This document shows, one piece after another, positions 40,781 to 48,062 of a stretch of 64,000 bases of DNA. A program made the translations under genes and the position numbers. Position 1 is the stretch's first letter; each line of letters starts with the position of its first letter. The stretch comes from a bacterium (GTDB lineage: Bacteria; Hinthialibacterota; Hinthialibacteria; Hinthialibacterales; Hinthialibacteraceae). Below the pieces are notes generated by a model. That model was not told the DNA's origin. It searched no databases and saw nothing but the letters and a program-made list of their open reading frames with translations. The stretch lies in contig CAXXMV010000008.1 of the NCBI GenBank assembly GCA_963662285.2, positions 32,001-96,000 on the forward strand, read 5' to 3'.

Positions 40781-42106
40781 ATGCAAAAGCACCATATCTT
40801 TTTTCTATCAATCGTATTATGTTTAGTCTTAATCCATCAAACCGGATTCGCCGGGAATGAACAGGTTAATCCTATTATATCCGCCCACCAAGTAAGCCAA
40901 ACTGTATCAAATGAAAAATTATCGCAATTGCAAGCATGGCTCGACGTACCCGAAAATGACCGGACGCCGATTGATCAAACCGGGTTCGCTGAACTCCCAT
41001 TAACCAAGGAAGAAGCCCGGCAAGCCCAGGACTTGCTATGGGATGATCACGTCAAATCGGTTAAAACCAACCGCACAACTGAATGGGAGCAAAAAAAATT
41101 CATCAGCGACAAGTATTCCATGAAATACGAGACCCTGCAATTCGGTCAAAAACCGGTTGACGGATGGAGTCTATATATCTCACTGCATGGCGGTGGAGGC
41201 GCTCCAGCGGAAGTAAATGAATCACAATGGAAAAACCAGATTGCCCTGGGTAAGCAATACAAACCGGATGAAGGCATATACCTGGCGCCCCGCGCCTCAA
41301 CCAATGAGTGGAACTTATGGCATCTGCCCCATATCGATGACCTGCTGGATCGCATCATTTCAACTTTGACCGTTTTGCAGGACGTCAATCCCAACCGGGT
41401 CTACGTGATGGGCTATTCGGCGGGAGGAGACGGCGTCTATCAGTTAGCGCCGCGCATGGCCGACCGCTGGGCCGCTGCATCAATGATGGCGGGTCACCCC
41501 AATGACGCCAAGCCCGATGGAGTGCGGAACATCGGCATGACGCTTCATGTCGGCGCCTTGGATTCAGCCTACAACCGTAACACTGTTATCCTTGAATGGA
41601 AAAAACAACTCGAAGAATTGCAAGCGAATGATCCCGAGGGATACCAACACGATGTGCAAGTTCATGAAGGCAAAGGCCATTGGATGGATATGGAAGATAG
41701 AGTCGCGGTTCCCTGGATGGCGAAATTCACCCGCAATCCATTACCCGACCGCATCGTCTGGCGGCAGGATGACGTCACCCATTTGCGGTTTTACTGGCTG
41801 GCGGTTGGTGAAAAAAACGCCAAGCCCAAGAGTGAAGTGATAGTCCAGAAAAAAGAGCAAACTTTTACTATTGAGAAAGCCAAGGATATCCAGAAACTGA
41901 TATTCCGCATTAATGACGATATGGTTGATATGGACGCCCCCATCACCATCCGTAATCAGGAACGCATCCTGTTTCAAGGCATCGTACCACGCACTATAAA
42001 AACCTTGCGCCAAACCATTCAGGAACGAGGGGATCACCAATCAATCTTTTGCGGGGAAATTGAATCATCTGTCACTACTGATGTTGAGAATTGGAGTATT
42101 AAATAA
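40781..42106 (+). CDS. Secreted alpha/beta hydrolase (esterase/depolymerase-like) with C-terminal TDVENWSIK tail
   Basis: Signal peptide; SLHGGGG, NRVYVMGYSAGGDG nucleophile elbow, G..D, GKGHW. Confidence 0.8.
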   Translation: MQKHHIFFLSIVLCLVLIHQTGFAGNEQVNPIISAHQVSQTVSNEKLSQLQAWLDVPENDRTPIDQTGFAELPLTKEEARQAQDLLWDDHVKSVKTNRTTEWEQKKFISDKYSMKYETLQFGQKPVDGWSLYISLHGGGGAPAEVNESQWKNQIALGKQYKPDEGIYLAPRASTNEWNLWHLPHIDDLLDRIISTLTVLQDVNPNRVYVMGYSAGGDGVYQLAPRMADRWAAASMMAGHPNDAKPDGVRNIGMTLHVGALDSAYNRNTVILEWKKQLEELQANDPEGYQHDVQVHEGKGHWMDMEDRVAVPWMAKFTRNPLPDRIVWRQDDVTHLRFYWLAVGEKNAKPKSEVIVQKKEQTFTIEKAKDIQKLIFRINDDMVDMDAPITIRNQERILFQGIVPRTIKTLRQTIQERGDHQSIFCGEIESSVTTDVENWSIK

Positions 42107-42110
42107 TCAC

Positions 42111-42189
42111 GTAGGGTGAATCGCGTTTTTTGACCCACCGAATCGAATTAATTATTATCGGTGGGTCGGTGGGGCGTGACCCACCCTAC
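42111..42189. repeat. REPIN-like doublet (two inverted GTAG REPs), left copy
   Basis: GTAGGGTGAATCGCGTTTTTTGACCCACC-GAATCGAATTAATTATTATC-GGTGGGTCGGTGGGGCGTGACCCACCCTAC. Confidence 0.85.
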
Positions 42190-42193
42190 AAAA

Positions 42194-42583
42194 TCACTTT
42201 TTAATAGCCTTAAGCGCGGTTTCAGTCATGAATGCGGAACGGGATAGATTCTGTTTTTTCGCTGCGGCGTCGATAAGCTGTAATTGTCTTTCAGGAATGG
42301 TTATGTTAATCCGAACGGTTTTATCATTTTCTATAACAGGGATAACCGCCGTAGTCACCAGCCCCTGCCTGGTTGTGTTTTTCAGAACGAAATCAAGCCC
42401 CTTTGGTTCAGGGAATGGCTTGCCTAAATCGACTAGCGTCTCCATATAAAGAGCCAGCGCCTCTTCCGCTTCGGCGAGTACGCCATCAAGAGTATCGCAA
42501 ACCGCAGTACATCCCCCGACTTCAGGGAAACTTATACCATATCCAGTATCTTTATCCTTATGTACTACTGCAATATAATTCAT
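42194..42583 (-). CDS. hicB: HicB antitoxin (RNase H-like + RHH)
   Basis: Y.AVVHKD..GYGISFP.V.GC....D....L..A.EAL; RINITIP....ID..A....SRS.F. Confidence 0.9.
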   Translation of the reverse strand: MNYIAVVHKDKDTGYGISFPEVGGCTAVCDTLDGVLAEAEEALALYMETLVDLGKPFPEPKGLDFVLKNTTRQGLVTTAVIPVIENDKTVRINITIPERQLQLIDAAAKKQNLSRSAFMTETALKAIKK

Positions 42584-42795
42584 CAGTGCATATCTCTATC
42601 TGGAACTTTCTTCCATCCGGCGATTTTATAAATCTGGTGAACCGTACCCACTGGCATATCTTTATTTGGATGGGAAATGGTTATCAGTTCATCATGCTTT
42701 TCATGCTTAAAGATATGATGACCACCTTTAACACGGATTAATTCCAATCCCTCTTTCTGAAGACGTTTGATAATCTCCCTAGAGTTCCTTTGCAT
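42583..42795 (-). CDS. hicA: HicA mRNA interferase toxin
   Basis: SREIIKRL..EG....R.KGGHH.FKH, I.HP.KD.P.GT...I.K.AG. Confidence 0.9.
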   Translation of the reverse strand: MQRNSREIIKRLQKEGLELIRVKGGHHIFKHEKHDELITISHPNKDMPVGTVHQIYKIAGWKKVPDRDMH

Positions 42796-42801
42796 GATAT
42801 C

Positions 42802-42829
42802 ATTATACACACCAATACACACTTAGCAA
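42802..42829 (-). promoter_or_regulatory. hicAB promoter with direct-repeat operator; probably leaderless
   Basis: TTGCTA-16nt-TATAAT, 6 nt before the ATG; GTGTGTAT repeated twice across the spacer and -10. Confidence 0.65.
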
Positions 42830-42846
42830 GTCTATATTTCAACCAC

Positions 42847-42925
42847 GTAGGGTGGATCGCGTTTTTTGACCCACCGAATCGAATTAATTATTATCGGTGG
42901 GTCGGTAAAGCGTGACCCACCCTAC
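42847..42925. repeat. REPIN-like doublet, right copy (75/79 identical to 42111-42189)
   Basis: GTAGGGTGGATCGCGTTTTTTGACCCACC-GAATCGAATTAATTATTATC-GGTGGGTCGGTAAAGCGTGACCCACCCTAC. Confidence 0.85.
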
Positions 42926-42929
42926 GTAA

Positions 42930-44270
42930 CTACAATTCCCACCCGGAACGGTAATGCGGCGTTAGATGAGCATTTGCTTTGGGGTTATTTTTGAACTGCA
43001 TCCCGGCTGCGTTCCACTCCAGTTTCTCTCCATCAAACACGGTAGCGATGACGCCCAGTAGAGCCATTTCGGTTAACGGGCCGCCGTATTCGAAAGTTGA
43101 ACTGGCAGGTTTGCCGTCTTTGCAGGCGCGAATCCAATCGTTGTGGTGTCCGTTTTTGATCCTTGGAATAATCTCGGCAGGTCTTTTATATTCATCACTG
43201 CGGGATTTAGGAAGAATCATGGCGCCGCCTCCGCCATGCGAGCCATGTAGGATCGTACCTTTTTCACCGATCAAAATGGCGCCCGCTTTGGCATTCCATT
43301 CACTCAATTCGATTCCTTGCAATTGGGGAAGATCAACTTTTTTACCATAGGTCCAGGTTACTTTGACCGGCGCCATATTTTCCCGCGCCGCAAATTGGTA
43401 TTCAATATCTGAACAAAGCGGAAACCGTTCGGGCGAATAGTCGCCGCAGCCGTTTTTGGCGATGATCGATTGAGGCGCCTGCAATTTCAGCGCCCAGAAA
43501 GTTGGATCGAGAATATGGCATACCCAATCGCCTAATACTCCGGTTCCGAAGTCAGCCCAACTGCGCCAGATGCCAGGCAGATAGCAGGGATTATAGGGGC
43601 GGTACGGCGCAGGTCCTAACCATAAATCCCAATCCAGCGTATCGGGAATCTTGGGCGTTTCGGTGGGACGGGGCTTACCGTTGCCATAAGGACTGGTGTA
43701 CCAGGCATGAACCTCTTTGACCTGACCGATAGCGCCATCCCATATCCATTCGCATATCTTGCGGATATCACCATCTGAATGCCCCTGGTTGCCCAGTTGA
43801 GTCTGCACCTTGTTTTCCCGCGCCGCTTTCATCAAAGCGCGGACTTCGTAGATGGTATGCGCCAGTGGCTTTTCGACGTAGACATGCTTGCCACGTTTGA
43901 TGGCGTTCATGGCGGCTACAGTGTGAAAGTGATCCGGCGTACTTACTATTACCGCGTCGATGTCTTTCTGTTTGTCGAGCATTACGCGGAAATCGTGATA
44001 CTTATTGGCTCGTTCATACTTTTGCAGCGACTTCTGCGCTCTATCTTGATCCACGTCGCACAAGGCCACGATATTTTGGTGATCCATTTTACTGAGGTTA
44101 TGCCCGCCGCGTCCCGCAATGCCAATTGCGGCGATATTCAATTTGTCGCTTGGCGCAGCTGAGGCGCCCCGGCCCAGAATTTCCGGACCAACTATCATAA
44201 AAGCGGATGACGCCAGCGCAGTTCGTTTTACAAAATCACGCCGGGTTACTTGCTGTTTCGTTTTTAACAT
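42930..44270 (-). CDS. Gfo/Idh/MocA oxidoreductase, Tat-exported
   Basis: TRRDFV; IGIAGRG, STPDHFH, HVYVEKP, WDLWLGPAP, GVLGDW.CH. Confidence 0.92.
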   Translation of the reverse strand: MLKTKQQVTRRDFVKRTALASSAFMIVGPEILGRGASAAPSDKLNIAAIGIAGRGGHNLSKMDHQNIVALCDVDQDRAQKSLQKYERANKYHDFRVMLDKQKDIDAVIVSTPDHFHTVAAMNAIKRGKHVYVEKPLAHTIYEVRALMKAARENKVQTQLGNQGHSDGDIRKICEWIWDGAIGQVKEVHAWYTSPYGNGKPRPTETPKIPDTLDWDLWLGPAPYRPYNPCYLPGIWRSWADFGTGVLGDWVCHILDPTFWALKLQAPQSIIAKNGCGDYSPERFPLCSDIEYQFAARENMAPVKVTWTYGKKVDLPQLQGIELSEWNAKAGAILIGEKGTILHGSHGGGGAMILPKSRSDEYKRPAEIIPRIKNGHHNDWIRACKDGKPASSTFEYGGPLTEMALLGVIATVFDGEKLEWNAAGMQFKNNPKANAHLTPHYRSGWEL

Positions 44271-44296
44271 TTCATTGCTCCTATTATGATGTACTA

Positions 44297-45778
44297 TTAG
44301 AAATATTTCTTAATAATCCAATCGGGCTGCCATTTATCCGGCTTACGTTCATGTCCGGTCAGGTCTATCTCTTTTTTATCTGGATTAGCGACGCCGAGAG
44401 GCAAGTCATCGCCGGATTCCTTCTGCCATTTCTTAAGCAGATTCATCATCTTTTCTACTTGCGCCGCATATTCGGGTTCATTGGCCAGGTTATACAATTC
44501 GTAAGGGTCATCTTTCAGATTGAATAACTGGGTATGGTTGATTCTAGGATAACGAATCAGTTTCCACTGATCGTCTCGGACTGCCCGTTGAATTTTGCAG
44601 TAAGAAGTAAAGACGGTATCGCGCACTTTTTTCTGCTTGCCTTGCCAAATTTGACTCAAATTCTTGCCATCAACATCACTTGGCGTATCAACTCCGGTCA
44701 TGGAGCATAAAGTCGGGAAGATATCCAGCAGATAAGAGAAAGCCTGAGTCGAGCCGCCTTTGGGGATGCCAGGGCCGGAAAATATCAGCGGACATCCCAT
44801 GCTGTGTTCATAGACATTCTGCTTGCCTAGAAGACCGTGGCTGCCGACCGCCAGACCATGATCGGCGGCGTAGACGATGATGGTGTTATCAGCCTGACCA
44901 GTGCGTTTCAGAGCGTCGAGTACGCGCCCGATCTGCACGTCCAAATGAGTAATCAGTCCGTAATACTCGGCCAACTGGTCGCGGATCATCTCTTCGGTGC
45001 GCGGCCAGGCGCCCAGGTTTTCGTCGCGCAATACCATCTGACCATTATCGAATGGATGCTGAGGCTTAAAATTAAAGGGCAGCGGGGGACGTTTTTTGTA
45101 ATACATCTCACGGTAATCCGTGGGTGGGTTGCGTGGATCATGGGGAGCGGTAAAAGCAACATAGGCGTAGAAAGGTTTTTCATTATCATGATTCTCGATA
45201 AACTCGATGGCCGAGTTGGCGAAGATTTCGCTGGAATAGCCATCGCCCGTGCGTTTGTTCACCACTTTTCCATCAGGAGAAAGGTCTACTACCGGAACTC
45301 TGGGATGATCCGACATCCCGCCGAACATGATAGTCTTACCTTTTTGGAAACCGCGCTTAAACGATTCCTGCTGATTATGCCATTTCCCGGTTCCAAAGGT
45401 GGTATACCCGTTCTCTTGGAAAATCTCCGGCATTATTCTGGTATCAGATAAATCATGCTTAATATTGAAATAGATTTTACCGCTGTTAATCATGGCCCGG
45501 CTGGGGATGCAAACCGCACCGCTATTTGAACCGAAGCAATAATTTCTGCGGAAACAGAATCCATTTTCAACCAGGCCATCAATATTGGGAGTATGAATAT
45601 AAGGATTGCCAAAAGCGCCGATTGAATCAGGCCGCTGATCATCCGCTAACAGAAAGAGAACATTCGGTCTCTTCTGTGATTTTGTCCTGGCAAAAGCCTG
45701 GCCGGGCAAGGCGGCGGCGCCAGCGCCCAGCGCGCATGTCTGTAGAAACCCCCGTCTTGAAACATTGTTTCGATTCAT
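44297..45778 (-). CDS. Sulfatase (choline-sulfatase-like), Tat-exported
   Basis: SRRGFL; LLADDQ, CIPSR formylglycine motif, GKWH, APHDP, ADHG. Confidence 0.92.
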   Translation of the reverse strand: MNRNNVSRRGFLQTCALGAGAAALPGQAFARTKSQKRPNVLFLLADDQRPDSIGAFGNPYIHTPNIDGLVENGFCFRRNYCFGSNSGAVCIPSRAMINSGKIYFNIKHDLSDTRIMPEIFQENGYTTFGTGKWHNQQESFKRGFQKGKTIMFGGMSDHPRVPVVDLSPDGKVVNKRTGDGYSSEIFANSAIEFIENHDNEKPFYAYVAFTAPHDPRNPPTDYREMYYKKRPPLPFNFKPQHPFDNGQMVLRDENLGAWPRTEEMIRDQLAEYYGLITHLDVQIGRVLDALKRTGQADNTIIVYAADHGLAVGSHGLLGKQNVYEHSMGCPLIFSGPGIPKGGSTQAFSYLLDIFPTLCSMTGVDTPSDVDGKNLSQIWQGKQKKVRDTVFTSYCKIQRAVRDDQWKLIRYPRINHTQLFNLKDDPYELYNLANEPEYAAQVEKMMNLLKKWQKESGDDLPLGVANPDKKEIDLTGHERKPDKWQPDWIIKKYF

Positions 45779-46000
45779 AATAAAATCCCCTTATCCATAA
45801 TCGTGCTTTTTATAAAGGTTAAATCAAATAATTCTTATCCGATAGGGTAAAGGTAGGTGTGTTTATGGATCGTAAAGTATCAAAGCATTATACGATACAG
45901 AAATCATCTATTCGATTCTTTAGAATCATCTATTTAATCCCAGCAAGATCCGGGTTGCGGGGAGATATTTACTATCATCAAGAAAATATTAAAATTTTAC

Positions 46001-46050
46001 TTGCATTTTTTCTTATATTAGAATATACTTATATAAGCAATATGATATAT
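46001..46050 (+). promoter_or_regulatory. sigma70 promoter with a possible AT-rich operator just downstream
   Basis: TTGCAT-17nt-TATACT (46001-46029); imperfect palindrome ATATAAGCAATATGATATAT (46031-46050). Confidence 0.5.
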
Positions 46051-46082
46051 ACTAAACGCCGCAAGAAATAAGGAGAATTGAA

Positions 46083-46283
46083 ATGTTAGATACAACGAAG
46101 GAAAAAATCGATTCTCAGGAACCTCTGGAACCTCACAAGCCAGCTCGACCGATGATGGTGGTAATGGACGATAAGGGAGAACGATGGTTGTGCGACAGCG
46201 ACCGCAGTATCAATCCCAAAAGTGATCTATCCAAGCAAGGATGTTGGAATTGCGGAGAATTGGCTTTCACCCGAAACGATTGA
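46083..46283 (+). CDS. Small Cys-containing protein (66 aa)
   Basis: AAGGAG RBS; WLCD...QGCWNCGELAFTRND. Confidence 0.7.
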   Translation: MLDTTKEKIDSQEPLEPHKPARPMMVVMDDKGERWLCDSDRSINPKSDLSKQGCWNCGELAFTRND

Positions 46284-46374
46284 TGATGTGAGTAAGTGTT
46301 TGATTCAAAAGGATATCACACAACCAAATAAGTTGTGATATCAGACAATGAACGTTGCTTGAAGGAGAATTATC

Positions 46375-46539
46375 ATGAAAAAAATTACTATGACTCTAAT
46401 CTGTCTATCATTTGTTGTGGCTCTTGTAACCAGTTGCGCATCTACAGGAACAGGGCATAAAACAGCGAGGCTTTTGCAAATGGATCAAGGATCCAGAGTT
46501 CAAAGTATGGAAATTACCACCGAATCAATGATATACTGA
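46375..46539 (+). CDS. Small lipoprotein (54 aa), not in the ORF track
   Basis: GAAGGAG RBS; MKKITMTLICLSFVVALVTSCASTGTGHKTARLLQMDQGSRVQSMEITTESMIY with lipobox VTSC. Confidence 0.65.
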   Translation: MKKITMTLICLSFVVALVTSCASTGTGHKTARLLQMDQGSRVQSMEITTESMIY

Positions 46540-46631
46540 AATGACGCATCAATGTATATTCTCAAATAGGTTTTACCGGTTTTCTGTTGTCATCGCTGCG
46601 TTTTCTTGTAGAATTTGTGCCAATTATAGAC

Positions 46632-46671
46632 TTGAAAGATAATCTACTTTTGGAAGTAGATTATCTTTCAA
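46632..46671. other. 18-bp perfect inverted repeat (terminator or protein-binding site)
   Basis: TTGAAAGATAATCTACTT-ttgg-AAGTAGATTATCTTTCAA. Confidence 0.55.
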
Positions 46672-46747
46672 TGTCGTAAATTGAAATTGGACATTTGTTT
46701 GTATACAGTTTTCACGAACATATTTTCTTTACAAATTAGGATGAATT

Positions 46748-47113
46748 ATGAAATCAATAATCGAACATCCGGATTGGGAAGTCATGGCGTCCGTGCTGCG
46801 TTCCATCAGCCATCCCATTCGCCTCATGATTTTGAACGAATTGGCGCAAGGCGCGAAATGCGTGCGCGACGTGCAAGAACTATTTGATATTTCTCAGCCA
46901 AATCTCTCGCAGCATTTGAACGCCTTAAAGAACGCCGGTTTAATCGGAAATCACTCGGACGGTTCTTTGAGGTGTTATTACCTGATCCGGCCCACGTTGG
47001 TTAAGACACTGTTGGAAGAATTTTCTAAACCCCATCCTGTTGAATTGAGGCCTAAAGAGACCGTTGTAAAGGAAGTACAGCAGAACCAAAAGAAAAAAGT
47101 TCTTTCCGCTTAA
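46748..47113 (+). CDS. ArsR/SmtB family transcriptional regulator
   Basis: ISHPIRLMIL..L..G.KCV..., SQPNLSQHL..LK.AGL, G..RCYY. Confidence 0.9.
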   Translation: MKSIIEHPDWEVMASVLRSISHPIRLMILNELAQGAKCVRDVQELFDISQPNLSQHLNALKNAGLIGNHSDGSLRCYYLIRPTLVKTLLEEFSKPHPVELRPKETVVKEVQQNQKKKVLSA

Positions 47114-47141
47114 GATCACTATCTCTACAGAGGATAAAACC

Positions 47142-48062
47142 ATGAAACGCCGAACCATACTCAGCGTCGTAGGCGCCCTATTGCTTGGATCCAGAAAAGC
47201 CAAGGCGAACAAAGAAAAGAATGACTGTGAAAAAATCGATGAATACGGTTGCCTGGTGGATACAACTCTCTGCATCGGTTGTCGGGAATGCGAGAAAGCA
47301 TGCAATCTTTCGAATGAACTGACTCCTCAAACGACGGAGTTTTCAGATACCTCTGTTTTTGAAGCGCAGCGCAGACCAGACGCCAACCATTTTACAGTGG
47401 TCAACCGCCATTCCGGTTCACCGTCACCTTCACAGGGAAAACTCGCGGAGACCTTTATCAAGGTGCAATGCATGCATTGTCAGGAACCCGCCTGCGTGTC
47501 TGCTTGCATAGTCGGCGCATTACAAAAAACGTCACAAGGATCGGTGATATACGATGCGGACCGATGCATTGGGTGCCGTTATTGCATGGTAGCCTGTCCC
47601 TTTCAGATACCAGCCTACGAATATGACGATCCGATTGCTCCTCGCGTACGGAAATGCAATTTCTGTTTCGAGAGAGTTCAAGAAGGAGGAAAGCCCGCAT
47701 GTGTGGAAGCCTGTCCGAGAGAGGCGATTATCTTTGGCAAGCGCAGCGATTTGATCGCTCTTGCCAAAAAAAAGATTCGAGCCAAACCGGGTCGATATCT
47801 CGAACACATTTATGGAGAAAAAGAGGTAGGCGGGACATCGTGGTTATATCTGACCGGTCGTCCACCGGAAAAACTGGGGATGCCGGTATTTGATGAAAAA
47901 GCGCCCCCTCAATTAACCGAAAGCATCCAGCATGGAATATTCAAATACGGTTTGCCTCCGGTGGCTCTGTATGGATTTTTGGGAGGGATCATGTGGTTTA
48001 CCAATCGAAAGAATCACGCCGCGAACGAAGACGGCAACGCCCCATCGGAGGGACAAGAATGA
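47142..48062 (+). CDS. HybA/NrfC-like 4x[4Fe-4S] electron-transfer subunit, Tat signal and C-terminal TM
   Basis: KRRTIL; CIGCRECEKAC, CMHCQEPACVSAC, CIGCRYCMVACP, KCNFC...PACVEACP; YGEKEVGGT. Confidence 0.9.
   Translation: MKRRTILSVVGALLLGSRKAKANKEKNDCEKIDEYGCLVDTTLCIGCRECEKACNLSNELTPQTTEFSDTSVFEAQRRPDANHFTVVNRHSGSPSPSQGKLAETFIKVQCMHCQEPACVSACIVGALQKTSQGSVIYDADRCIGCRYCMVACPFQIPAYEYDDPIAPRVRKCNFCFERVQEGGKPACVEACPREAIIFGKRSDLIALAKKKIRAKPGRYLEHIYGEKEVGGTSWLYLTGRPPEKLGMPVFDEKAPPQLTESIQHGIFKYGLPPVALYGFLGGIMWFTNRKNHAANEDGNAPSEGQE

Noticed and set aside
42111-42925. Direct repeats as a possible CRISPR array or IS ends
   Set aside because: Only two 79-bp copies, internally palindromic GTAG REPs, separated by 657 bp of coding DNA; no cas or transposase gene
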